Source of the DNA: Thermoplasmatota archaeon
GTDB taxonomy: Archaea > Thermoplasmatota > JAKEGO01
Reading direction: 5' to 3'
Assembly (NCBI GenBank): GCA_028279595.1
Contig: JANQNK010000003.1
Span: 249,087 to 313,086, forward strand
DNA length: 64,000 bases
Shown: piece by piece, positions 39,301-47,778 of the stretch
Numbering within the stretch: the first letter of the stretch is position 1
Layout of the letters: every line of letters starts with the position of its first letter
Program-made: the position numbers and the translations under genes
Notes under the pieces: generated by a model
Databases searched by the model: none
What the model saw: the letters and a program-made list of their open reading frames with translations, nothing else
Told to the model about the DNA's origin: nothing

Positions 39301-40497
39301 TGGTACGAGATATGCCAGGGTTCGATCTGCATGCAGGCGGACGAGGTCGAAATGACCCTCGACGGCGGTGTCTACATGAGCTCGATCGCCTTCGACGACC
39401 ACGGCAACGTCACTTTCAGGATCAAGGCCGAGGACGCCCTCGGCAACCGGGACACGCTTCTCGAGGACACGTTCGACGTGATCGAGGAGGACATCGAGGA
39501 CCCGGGTGAGGTCGATCCGCCCGAGGAGATAGCTGGGCCGGCCAGTGCAATGCTGCATTCCCTTTCGGAGGACGAGGTCGTGAGCGGTGTCCTGGCCCTC
39601 GAGGGGGGCGCCTACGATTCGACCAAGGTCGAGATCAGGTTCGATGACGGCGAGTGGATGGATGTGGGAACGCGTACGGTCCATCGCACCGAGAGGATGC
39701 CCGATTTCACACTGAGCACGATCGACAATCAAACCATCACTCTCGGGGACCTCGAGGGTCGCGTCGTGATCCTCGACTTCATGGCAACCTGGTGCGGCGC
39801 ATGCAAGGAGATCGCGATGAGCCTGGACGAGATCCAGGACATCTACGGCACTGGCGTGGCGATCATATCGGTGGACGTCGACACCAGCCAGGACGAGCGC
39901 GACGCCGTCCCTGCCTATCTCGACGAGCACGGCCACGACTGGCCATTCGCCTTCGACGAGAACGGCCTGTCCGACAGGTTCGGTGTCGACCCCCTTCCTC
40001 ACGTCGTGATCGGGACTCCCGACGGGTACATCAGCAGCCAGATCGTAGGGTCCGTGGACGTGGAGCGCCTCCAGCTCGAGATCGGAATGGCCCTGACCGA
40101 GAGGGAGTGGTCATACTACTTCGACACCAGGATGCTCTCCAACGGTGAACACACGATCACGGTCAGGACGGATGACGAATCCGAAACCGTCAGCTTCTAC
40201 GTGGACAACGGTGCTGTCTCCGATCCGGACGAAGACGACGACGGTTTCATCGGATCACCGATGTTCTGGCTCTTCCTCATTGCATTAGTGATCATCATCG
40301 CACTCGTTGCTGCCAGGCCTAAGGGTCGGAAGGCAGTCCACGTCGAGGCGCAGGTATTGAGCCCGCCAGTGAGGCCGTGCCGCAGATGCGGTGGCCCTCT
40401 GAGCCACGTCCCCCAGTACGACCGCTGGTACTGTTACAGCTGTCAAGCGTACGGTGATATCGAACCCAATGATGACAGTTTCATAGAGATGAGGTGA
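36400..40497 (+). CDS. Membrane-anchored protein with two thioredoxin-fold CxxC domains, an Ig-like stalk and a C-terminal zinc ribbon
   Basis: Signal peptide. VLGEEMTATWCGFCP...GYPTVYFDGG (Omp28/Trx-like). Ig repeats. PDFTL...L.G.VVILDFMATWCGACK...ISVDVD...WPF (TlpA/redoxin-like). TM helix. CRRCG...WYCYSC. Confidence 0.88.
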   Translation: MKARVWPVLLFLIGLLLIPAPSASGDAGDFTHFVLGEEMTATWCGFCPTAAEQLSDIYYNDSYEFYYVALITDVNDKADDRTGDYPTFQGYPTVYFDGGFRERTGAQDDKSAYQQDIEDSGERVDTPVAIELNMSYLGDSEIYVKVRLRWDEDGTIVNTDLQVFLRVYITEITSRYYNADDKPYHFGFLDYAFEEGVDLDPHEWWESETTWVGADHEDANGDDFGDIDYSNIALVAAVFNDESSDTDDYSLNCTAAIAPHLTITDPFDNTTQNGDFDLKVEATPHYTEADPASISKIEYSFGEDGWTDLDEAVGDEWSTSVDTTSLENGWHTLHVRATDSKNTTMETNVSFELDGEDTFAPVVEFVSPDDGGTMSGDVEIIAEITDHSNFTAEFRVGSGGWTELDHLSDDTYKATWDSTEVTDGDQTITILAMDEHDNDGFHHLDIVVDNLNVEMTSPRSGTEVENIVDIAATAVNTAEIDYAELLIDGEDIEELEVDGSDIAGEWNSRSVDNGEHSLTVIVYDTIGNEAADTVTVDVDNDVNDEEPPELIVDSPSEGEEIGSTYRLEATANDENGIDRVEFRFVDGDWTEMDHGDGDDYSHDLNTREMENGDYVLEFRAQDSSANKATVSLNVTVHNEVDEEAPEIEPRNPIEGDLVSLDDTFQVVLHAVDDSEMAIVESRLDSGDWREMEYDEDLSAEYDTDTYSFTYDGTHNEFNDLEDGTHTIAFRASDGSDNTAEEEVEFTTDSTPPVITLDLPSFISGEVEMGYVLDDMSDISSLEVGIAGDVLDSIDHPDGEGTLVLDLSEVEDGQVDLWAIAVDMAGNEGTGEHEATVDNTAPSLSLSSPGDGASLAGDIDIEVEVVDDNPDGVTWRMDLGPWSDMNGSSGTYSVRIPVEDVDDGWHDIDVAAEDRAGNVDELAFEVFTDNSAPMLKSIEHYPDIPYVDDDVFFEAEVEDVSGVETVLLWYEICQGSICMQADEVEMTLDGGVYMSSIAFDDHGNVTFRIKAEDALGNRDTLLEDTFDVIEEDIEDPGEVDPPEEIAGPASAMLHSLSEDEVVSGVLALEGGAYDSTKVEIRFDDGEWMDVGTRTVHRTERMPDFTLSTIDNQTITLGDLEGRVVILDFMATWCGACKEIAMSLDEIQDIYGTGVAIISVDVDTSQDERDAVPAYLDEHGHDWPFAFDENGLSDRFGVDPLPHVVIGTPDGYISSQIVGSVDVERLQLEIGMALTEREWSYYFDTRMLSNGEHTITVRTDDESETVSFYVDNGAVSDPDEDDDGFIGSPMFWLFLIALVIIIALVAARPKGRKAVHVEAQVLSPPVRPCRRCGGPLSHVPQYDRWYCYSCQAYGDIEPNDDSFIEMR

Positions 40498-40504
40498 AGG
40501 AACC

Positions 40505-41020
40505 ATGAATACCAGGATCGGAATGACTGCAGGCCTCGCCGTGTTCGCGATGGCCTTGGTGATGATAGCGCTCGTCCCGTCGGGATCGGCGCAGGCGGAT
40601 TTCGAGGACGTCTCGCACAGCCCTTCGGCGGCGATAACGTCCGACGATCAGGTCGAGGTCACAGTCGAGCTCGACAGCACGGACAATGTCTCAGCCGTCA
40701 ACATACAGGTGTGCATAATCGAACCGAACTACAACTGCTATCAATGGGATGATATGGACCAGGACGACGAGACGTTCACATACACGATCTCTGCTCATGA
40801 CGGCGGTTCTTTGATGGGCTACAAGATCGAGATCGAGTATGACGACGGCACTGACGACGAATACTCCCCGTCCGAGGACACATATCACGAGTACGAGATC
40901 GAGGAGGACGGGTCCTCCGGCGGCGGCGACGACGGGGATGACACCCCATTCCTCGGCGCCCCCTTGATCGCGGCAGGTGTCGTGGTGGCCGCGGTGGCCC
41001 ACAAAGGGCGAAGACGCTGA
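40505..41020 (+). CDS. Small exported Ig-like protein with a PGF-CTERM-like sorting tail
   Basis: GAGGTGA RBS overlaps the upstream stop. Signal peptide, acidic domain, linker GGGDDGDD-TPFLG-hydrophobic helix-KGRRR. Confidence 0.8.
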   Translation: MNTRIGMTAGLAVFAMALVMIALVPSGSAQADFEDVSHSPSAAITSDDQVEVTVELDSTDNVSAVNIQVCIIEPNYNCYQWDDMDQDDETFTYTISAHDGGSLMGYKIEIEYDDGTDDEYSPSEDTYHEYEIEEDGSSGGGDDGDDTPFLGAPLIAAGVVVAAVAHKGRRR

Positions 41021-41126
41021 GAAGGGGCAAGCTTCCCGTTCCGGAACCCTTGGGATAAAATCGAAGTGTTCATGCCCAGTTCGGACTGGGAGTAAACTGA
41101 TTGGTCATCTGGTCAGTGAAAGCGCC

Positions 41127-41885
41127 CTACCTGATATAGCCGACGTCGTCACCGCCGCCGCTCTCGAGGAGCTCGGCCAGGTCCTTGATCTGCGTCGTTA
41201 TGCGCTCGACCTCCACGGCCTTCCTGCTGAGGTCCTCGAGGTCGATCTCCAGACCGAGGATCGAGGTCAGGATCTCGAGTATCGCGCGCGAGCTCGACGG
41301 GTCCGCGATGTAACCGTGCGTCTCCCCCATGAGGCAGAGTCCACGGATGGAATGGAGGGCTCCGAGGCCCAGCAGCAATCCGCTCGCCCCGACGATCCCG
41401 CTTCCCGGCTCCCCCTCGCCGAACACGATGTCGTACTTCTCCAGGTCGCCTATCATCGCTGGGGTGTTGACGGCGCCGAAAACCCTCGGGGATTCGACGA
41501 AGTGACCTACCTGGTATCCGCCCAGCGTGTAGATATCCTTCACTCCGAGGGAAACCGCTATCTCGATCATGTGGCTGGAAAGGGTGTACTGTCCGATGTG
41601 GTTGACGGCCTGGAAGTCGCCCGAGAGGAAGACCAGGTCCCCGCCCTCGCGCCTGTGGTAGTACAGCTTGTGGGAGACTAGATATGCCAGTCCCTCTTCG
41701 TCCACGATGACCTGGGCCGGCAGATGGCTGGAATATATCGTCGCGAAATGGACGGCGCCCAGGACCTCGATCATGTGCTCCACGGCTATCTTGCCGACGT
41801 TCCCGACGCCGGGCAACCCCTCGATGAGGATCGGGTCCACGAGCTGCGGCTTCTCGGTATACTTCACCGTCACCTGTTCCATCAT
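41127..41885 (-). CDS. Proteasome assembly chaperone (PAC2) family protein
   Basis: LIEGLPGVGNVGKIA, YTLGGY, GIVGASGLLLG, CLMGETHGY..DP, C-terminal GYIR (HbYX-like). Start follows a GAAGGTGG RBS. Confidence 0.92.
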   Translation of the reverse strand: MMEQVTVKYTEKPQLVDPILIEGLPGVGNVGKIAVEHMIEVLGAVHFATIYSSHLPAQVIVDEEGLAYLVSHKLYYHRREGGDLVFLSGDFQAVNHIGQYTLSSHMIEIAVSLGVKDIYTLGGYQVGHFVESPRVFGAVNTPAMIGDLEKYDIVFGEGEPGSGIVGASGLLLGLGALHSIRGLCLMGETHGYIADPSSSRAILEILTSILGLEIDLEDLSRKAVEVERITTQIKDLAELLESGGGDDVGYIR

Positions 41886-41892
41886 ACCACCT

Positions 41893-42798
41893 TCAGATAT
41901 CATCGCTGATGAGTTTCATGAGCGCCTTCTGCGCGTGGAGCCTGTTCTCCGCCTCCGGATAGACGGCCGACCTCGGCCCGTCGATGACGGAGCTCGAGAC
42001 CTCCTCACCCCTGTGTGCGGGGAGGCAGTGCAGGAAGATCGCGTCATCCTGCGCCATGTCCATGATCCTGTCGTCGACCTGGTATCTCTTGAAAGCCTTC
42101 AATCGCGTCGCCTTCTCCTCCTCGGAGCCCATGGAGACCCAGGTGTCCGTGTAGACCGCGTCCGCGTCGGCGGCCGCGCCGTCCGCGTCGGTCGTCAGCT
42201 CCATGACGGTGCCGTACTCCCTGGCTAGCTCCTCAGCCCTCTGGATGACGACCACCGGGGGTCTGTAGTTCTTCGGCGTCGCCACGGCGATGTCGAGGCC
42301 TATGTACGGGGCGCCGAGCATCAACGAGTTGCAGACGTTGTTGCCGTCGCCGAGATATGCGAGCTTCCTTCCCTTCAGGTCGCCCTTTGAATCGAGTATC
42401 GTCAGGAAGTCCGCCAGTGCCTGACACGGATGCTCCGCGTCGTCCAGGGCGTTGATCACCGGGATGCTGGAGTTGGCGGCCAGCTCGACCGTCGCCTGGT
42501 TCCTGAAGCCACGGTAGGCTATCATGTCGATGTATCCCGAAAGCACGTTGGCAACGTCCTTGATCGGTTCCCTGACACCCATCTGGATCTCCTGCGGGGA
42601 CAGGTATATCGGGGTACCCCCGAGCTGCCTCACGGCCATCTCGAAGGAGACCCTCGTCCTGAGCGAGGGCTTCTCGAACAGGAGGCCGAGGACCTTCCCG
42701 TCCATGACGTCCATCCTCTTGTGCCTGATCTCCTGGGCCGTCGAGAGCACCTCTCCGATCCTCTCGCCCACGTCCGTGATAGAGACTACGTGCTTCAT
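41893..42798 (-). CDS. argF: Ornithine carbamoyltransferase
   Basis: FEKPSLRTRVSFE, HPCQALAD, GDGNNVCNS, YTDTWVSMG, FLHCLPAHRGEEV, AENRLHAQKA. Confidence 0.96.
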   Translation of the reverse strand: MKHVVSITDVGERIGEVLSTAQEIRHKRMDVMDGKVLGLLFEKPSLRTRVSFEMAVRQLGGTPIYLSPQEIQMGVREPIKDVANVLSGYIDMIAYRGFRNQATVELAANSSIPVINALDDAEHPCQALADFLTILDSKGDLKGRKLAYLGDGNNVCNSLMLGAPYIGLDIAVATPKNYRPPVVVIQRAEELAREYGTVMELTTDADGAAADADAVYTDTWVSMGSEEEKATRLKAFKRYQVDDRIMDMAQDDAIFLHCLPAHRGEEVSSSVIDGPRSAVYPEAENRLHAQKALMKLISDDI

Positions 42799-42969
42799 CG
42801 GGTCTCCAAACGGGTAGTCCTATATCTATGTTTAGGGTCACTTGCCTATCCCGTACAACTCCCCGATCGAGGACACTACCTCGATCCCTGATGTTTCCGC
42901 TCGTCAGGGTCGTTCTCCCCTGACAACGCGTCTCACCGATGCTGGATCGGATCGGCACCCCCGCTGGAG

Positions 42970-42982
42970 CAAACTTTATAAC
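42970..42982 (+). promoter_or_regulatory. BRE/TATA of glyA (probably a leaderless transcript)
   Basis: caaaCTTTATAAc ends about 24 bp upstream of GTG 43005. Confidence 0.6.
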
Positions 42983-43004
42983 GGGAGGCCTGGATTGACG
43001 CCCG

Positions 43005-44318
43005 GTGAATCCCGTGACCCGTAAGGATGACGCCGATTACATCGTCGAGAACGTGAAGGAGCATACGGACTATTTCAGGGACTCCCTGGCGATGATCGCC
43101 TCGGAGAACATCATCAGCCCGATGGCCAGGGAGATGATGGTATCTGACTTCTGCGACAGGTATGCCGAGGGGCTGCCCGGCGCAAGGTACTACCAGGGCA
43201 ATGAATTCGTCGACAAGGTCGAGGTCCATGCGACGCAACTGGCCAAGGAGCTCTTCCAGGTCCCGTATGCCGACACCAGGCCTATATCCGGGACCGTGGC
43301 GAACCTCGGCGTACTGTTCGCCCTCACGAAGCCCACTGACGTGATAACGGTTCCGAACGTCTCCGACGGCGCGCACATCAGCACTGCTAGGTTCGGCGCC
43401 GTGGGGGTCCGCGGCCTCGAGCCCGTCCCGTACCCGTTCGACGTCGAGAACATGAACATCGATGTGGACGGGGCCATCAAGGTCATAAAGGAGGTCAAGC
43501 CGAAGCTTGCCCTCTTCGGGATGTCCGTCTACCTGTTCCCGTCCCCCATCACCGAGATGATCGACGCTCTCAGGGAGGTCGACGCCATGGTCTGGTACGA
43601 CGCTGCACACGTCCTCGGACTCATCGCCGGAAAGCACTTCCAGGACCCGTTCAGAGAAGGCGTCGACGTGATGACGGGGTCGACCCACAAGACCCTGCCA
43701 GGCCCCCAGCACGGGATCATCCTCGCTGACCCGAAGACCGAGCGAATGTCCGAGGAGAAGTTCCTGAGGAAGCTCAACTACGGTGTCTTCCCGGGCGTCC
43801 TCAGCAACCATCACCTTCACACCATGGCCTCCCTCGGGATCTCCCTCGCGGAGCATCTCGAGTACGGCGAGGAGTACGCGGGCCAGATAATCAGGAACGC
43901 CCAGGCCCTGGGCCAGGCAATGCACGAGAGGGGCTTCAACGTGCTCTGCGAGCACCTCGGCTTCACCGAATCCCACACGATCGCAGTGGACGTCAAGGAG
44001 CACGGCGGTGGGACGCCCCTCGTCGAGGCGCTCGAGAGCGCCAACATAGTCACGAACAAGAACCTCCTGCCCTGGGACCCGACCGACGCCGCCATGAACC
44101 CGAGCGGCATCAGGCTGGGGGCGCAGGAGCTGACCCGCATTGGCATGAAGGAGTCCGAGATGGATGCCGTCGCCGAGCTGTTCAAGAGGATCTGCATAGA
44201 CAAGGAGGATCCGGATTCCGTCCGTCCGGACGTAGTGGAGCTGAAGAGCGGGTTCCAGGACATCCACTACTGCTTCGGGGGCGGAAAAGCATATAAATAC
44301 CATCGCATTGTAGAGTGA
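43005..44318 (+). CDS. glyA: Serine hydroxymethyltransferase (archaeal type)
   Basis: MIASEN, RYAEG.PG.RYYQG, YDAAHVLGLIAG, GSTHKTLPGPQHG (PLP lysine), PSGIRLG. Confidence 0.97.
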   Translation: MNPVTRKDDADYIVENVKEHTDYFRDSLAMIASENIISPMAREMMVSDFCDRYAEGLPGARYYQGNEFVDKVEVHATQLAKELFQVPYADTRPISGTVANLGVLFALTKPTDVITVPNVSDGAHISTARFGAVGVRGLEPVPYPFDVENMNIDVDGAIKVIKEVKPKLALFGMSVYLFPSPITEMIDALREVDAMVWYDAAHVLGLIAGKHFQDPFREGVDVMTGSTHKTLPGPQHGIILADPKTERMSEEKFLRKLNYGVFPGVLSNHHLHTMASLGISLAEHLEYGEEYAGQIIRNAQALGQAMHERGFNVLCEHLGFTESHTIAVDVKEHGGGTPLVEALESANIVTNKNLLPWDPTDAAMNPSGIRLGAQELTRIGMKESEMDAVAELFKRICIDKEDPDSVRPDVVELKSGFQDIHYCFGGGKAYKYHRIVE

Positions 44319-44324
44319 ATTCCC

Positions 44325-45203
44325 ATGGATGAAGAAGAGGCGCGCGGAGAGATCGAGGACCTGAAGCGCAAGAGGCGCAAGGCCGAGAAGGAGATGCTGA
44401 AGCACATGGACAGGCGGAACCAGCTGAACCAGGAGGCCAAGCGCTGGAGCGGCATCAGGGACGAGTACAACGCAAAGGTAAGGGAACTTCTTCATCAGGC
44501 ATCGGCCCACAAGGCACAGAGGGACGACGCCAACCGCGACGTGAGGGAGGCGAAGGAGGTCAGGCACACCTACAACATCAAGGTGAAGGAGCTCGACCAG
44601 GACATCCGCGCCCTCAAGCGCGAACTCCTCCCGAAGGACGCCGAATCCCTTGCCAAGCTCAAGAAGGAGCAGCGCGGACTCGAGTTCAAGCAGATGACAT
44701 CCGTCCTTTCCCCCGACAAGGAGAAGGACCTCATCAACGCCCTGACGTCCGTGACGGCCAGGATCCGCGAGATCGAGAAGGTCGTCGAGGAGAACGATGA
44801 GATCCGGACGATGAAGGAGGAGCTCATCGAGGCCAAGGAGAAGGCCGAGGAGGCGCACCGCAAGGTCAGCGTCCTCGCCGACGCCGCCCAGGTCGAGCAC
44901 GACCAGATGATCGAGCTCTACTCCAAGATCGACGAGCTCAGGGAGATCGCCGACAACGCCCAGGAGAAGTTCGTCGAGGCCAAGACCCAGGCGGACGATG
45001 AGCACGGCATCTACGTGACCTTCCTCCAGCAGATGAAGGACTACGAGAAGATGGTCTCCGGCCTGTGGCGCAAGGACCGCGATGACAAGAAGCGGACCGA
45101 GGAGGAGAAGGACAAGGAAGCGGAGGAGGCGGTGTTCGACAAGCTCAAGAAGGGCGAGAAGCTCAGCACCGACGACCTCATGCTCCTGCAGAAGAGCGGG
45201 TGA
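44325..45203 (+). CDS. Archaeal coiled-coil protein (COG1340-like)
   Basis: Heptad-rich and charged. LEFKQMTSVLSP.KE and C-terminal KLKKGEKLSTDDLMLLQ are typical of the family. Confidence 0.85.
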   Translation: MDEEEARGEIEDLKRKRRKAEKEMLKHMDRRNQLNQEAKRWSGIRDEYNAKVRELLHQASAHKAQRDDANRDVREAKEVRHTYNIKVKELDQDIRALKRELLPKDAESLAKLKKEQRGLEFKQMTSVLSPDKEKDLINALTSVTARIREIEKVVEENDEIRTMKEELIEAKEKAEEAHRKVSVLADAAQVEHDQMIELYSKIDELREIADNAQEKFVEAKTQADDEHGIYVTFLQQMKDYEKMVSGLWRKDRDDKKRTEEEKDKEAEEAVFDKLKKGEKLSTDDLMLLQKSG

Positions 45204-46435
45204 GGATGGACACCAGACATCAGGTGCTGCTGGATTCCGCCTCCCGAGAGGGAGTGAAGCCAGGCCTCGACCGCATACGGATTCTCACGGAAGGCATCGA
45301 CGTACCTCCGGTCATCCACATCGCGGGGACCAACGGTAAGGGTTCCACTGCGATAATGGCCGAGGCGATCCTTCAGGAGCACGGACTCACCGTCGGGACA
45401 TATACCCAGCCCCACATCGTGTCACCGACCGAGAGGATACGGATCGACGGCCACGACATCACGGAGGAGGGCCTCGGGGCGGTTCTCGACGCCTTGACGC
45501 CGAGGATCGACGCAATGGCCGACAGGCCGACATATTTCGAACTCTTCACGGCAGCTGCGATGCTGGCCTTCTCGAAGGCCGGCGTCGACGTGGCCATACT
45601 CGAGACGGGGATGGGGGGTCGGCTCGATGCGACGAACCTCTTCCCCAAGAGGGTGGCATGCATCACGAGGGTGGCGCTGGACCACACCGAGGTCCTCGGC
45701 CAGACCATCGGCGAGATAGCCGCCGAGAAGGCCGCTATAATAACCGCTGACGTCGATGTCGTGACGGGGGCGTCGGGAGATTCCCTCGACATCATCGCCG
45801 GAGTGGCAAGGGCGGCCGGTGCTCGCATGCGGGTCCTCGGCCACGAGTTGATCGTCGATTTCCACGGCACCGAGTTCACGGTGATCACGGACAGGGCCAG
45901 GTACGAGGCCCTCCACACGTCCATGCCTGGCGCCCATCAGGCCGAGAACGCCGCCCTCGCCATCGCATGTTCCGAGGCATTCTACGGACCGCTGGATGGG
46001 ATGAAGGTCCGCACCGCGCTCGGATCGGCATGGCTGCCAGGGCGCTTCCAGGGCATCGACCATCATCACAGGAAGATCATATTCGATGTCGCGCACAACC
46101 CCGACGCCGCTGCCGCGGTCACCGACACCCTCAAGGCCGAAGGGAAGGAGCCCGAGGCGACGGTGTTCGCGGCGATGACCGAAAAGGACATCCCCGGGGT
46201 TCTGTCCGCACTTCCGAGGAACGATTATATCCTGACGACCGTCGGGACCCAGCGTTCTGCCGGCCGGCCGCAGCTGGAGGAAGCCGCAGGGAAGGTGGGG
46301 ATCGGAGCGGAATGGGTGGCTGAACCCGAGGAGGCCCTCGAACGCGCGATCGAGAGGACGGAAGAGGGCGATACCATCCTCGTAACGGGCTCCGGATACC
46401 TCGTGGGGAGGATGCTAACCTCTCTCGACGAATAA
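45200..46435 (+). CDS. folC: Folylpolyglutamate synthase / dihydrofolate synthase
   Basis: HIAGTNGKGST, ERIRI, TYFE, LETGMGGRLDATN, DH...LG.T..EIA.EKA.I, GRF, DVAHNP, VTGS.YLVG. Confidence 0.94.
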   Translation: MRMDTRHQVLLDSASREGVKPGLDRIRILTEGIDVPPVIHIAGTNGKGSTAIMAEAILQEHGLTVGTYTQPHIVSPTERIRIDGHDITEEGLGAVLDALTPRIDAMADRPTYFELFTAAAMLAFSKAGVDVAILETGMGGRLDATNLFPKRVACITRVALDHTEVLGQTIGEIAAEKAAIITADVDVVTGASGDSLDIIAGVARAAGARMRVLGHELIVDFHGTEFTVITDRARYEALHTSMPGAHQAENAALAIACSEAFYGPLDGMKVRTALGSAWLPGRFQGIDHHHRKIIFDVAHNPDAAAAVTDTLKAEGKEPEATVFAAMTEKDIPGVLSALPRNDYILTTVGTQRSAGRPQLEEAAGKVGIGAEWVAEPEEALERAIERTEEGDTILVTGSGYLVGRMLTSLDE

Positions 46436-46498
46436 TGTGATCTCCGACACCTCTTAGGATAATAAAGATCCTTGGTAAACCCGGTCGTCCCGATTTCG

Positions 46499-47383
46499 CT
46501 AATCGATCCGGAACCCTTTTCGGATCCTGTGCCGTCTCGAGTTCGGGTCGTCATGCTTGTCGGCGGGCTCCAGCGGGTATCCCTCCTCCCCCTTGCCAGT
46601 TATCTCGGCCATCAAACCCTCCTCTTCGCACTCGACACCCAGCTTGGTGAAGACCCTGACCACGTTCCTGACGTCCCTCTCGAGGAACTCCATGGCGTTC
46701 GGGTGTTCCAGGACGACCGCCTGGCCCATGTCGATGATGACCGGCCTCTCATCCCTCACCAGGACGTTGTACTCGCTCATGTCGGCGTGGACGAGTTTGG
46801 CTTTCCTGTACAGGGTCCGGATCTGGTCGACAAGGTCGTGGTAGAATGCGTGCGGGTCCTCGGGTGGTGCGTCCTTCATCATGGGGGCTATCTCATCGCC
46901 GTTGGTTATAAGCTCCATCACCAGGACGTTACGCCTCACATGGAAGACGTGAGGGACGTTGATCCTTGCGGCCTCGGAGCGCAGGAAGTTCTTGAACTCC
47001 TTCTGGCTCCACGTGTAGATGATGTTCCTGAGGTCCCTCTTGACCTTGTCGAACCTGGGGTCACCGTCGATGTACCTCGCCAGGGTCCGGAACTCGGCGT
47101 TGGATATCCTGTATATCTTGACGGCGGCCCAGCCGGTGTCCTCCACACCTGGATGGGTGTCCGAGGTCTTCGCCGTGAAGACCACGGCCTCCTTGCCGGT
47201 GGAGATCGGGAATTCAACCGTCTCGAGGACCCCGTCGGAGAAGAGCTTGTTGACGACGGTCAGCGTCGAACGGTCGAAGACCTCGGCCTCCACCCTCCTG
47301 GCCCCGCCGTCTCCGTCCCTGCTTCGGAGTATCCCGGTCTTGGTCTCGATGCGCTCGAGGTCCTGGTCCCGCACAGGGACCAC
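46499..47383 (-). CDS. rio1: RIO1 family serine protein kinase / ATPase
   Basis: ISTGKEAVVF, AVKIYR, W..KEF.N, LVHADMSEYNVL, IIDMGQAV..HP.A.EFL.RD. Confidence 0.95.
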   Translation of the reverse strand: MVPVRDQDLERIETKTGILRSRDGDGGARRVEAEVFDRSTLTVVNKLFSDGVLETVEFPISTGKEAVVFTAKTSDTHPGVEDTGWAAVKIYRISNAEFRTLARYIDGDPRFDKVKRDLRNIIYTWSQKEFKNFLRSEAARINVPHVFHVRRNVLVMELITNGDEIAPMMKDAPPEDPHAFYHDLVDQIRTLYRKAKLVHADMSEYNVLVRDERPVIIDMGQAVVLEHPNAMEFLERDVRNVVRVFTKLGVECEEEGLMAEITGKGEEGYPLEPADKHDDPNSRRHRIRKGFRID

Positions 47384-47386
47384 CCG

Positions 47387-47719
47387 TCAGAACTTCTGCA
47401 GATCGCGGGGAAGCTTCCCCGACCTCTGCAGGTACGAGGCCTGTGTGTGGGTGTACCTCCACAGGACGTCGGCCTTCTCGTCCTGGAAGTCCCAGGGCTT
47501 GACGATCAAAAGGTCTCCCTCCCGGATCCACATGCGCCTCTTCATCTTCCCTGGTATCCGGGCGAGCCTGGCCTTCCCATCCTCGCAGATGGCATTGACG
47601 TGCGATGCGCCCAGGAGCCTGTCAGCTATGGCATAGATCTCGCTCCTGTTCCGCTTCGGCACGCGGACCCGGACGAAGTCCTCCTCGCCGTCCTGGTCCC
47701 TGTTCCTCTTGTAGGCCAT
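47387..47719 (-). CDS. eif1a: Translation initiation factor aIF-1A
   Basis: LLGA......C.DG..R..RIPGKMKRRMWIREGD..IV.PWDFQ..KAD..WRYT. Confidence 0.96.
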   Translation of the reverse strand: MAYKRNRDQDGEEDFVRVRVPKRNRSEIYAIADRLLGASHVNAICEDGKARLARIPGKMKRRMWIREGDLLIVKPWDFQDEKADVLWRYTHTQASYLQRSGKLPRDLQKF

Positions 47720-47778
47720 TGCCCCTGTAAGAAGGTGGGCTTCTTATAACAGTTTGGGTAGAGGTGACTGGCCAGGTG

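Noticed and set aside
8006-47754. TATAACAGTT shared at 8006, 32544 (minus strand) and 47745
   Set aside because: It also occurs before the housekeeping aIF-1A gene and is most simply a BRE+TATA core promoter element rather than a specific regulon motif.
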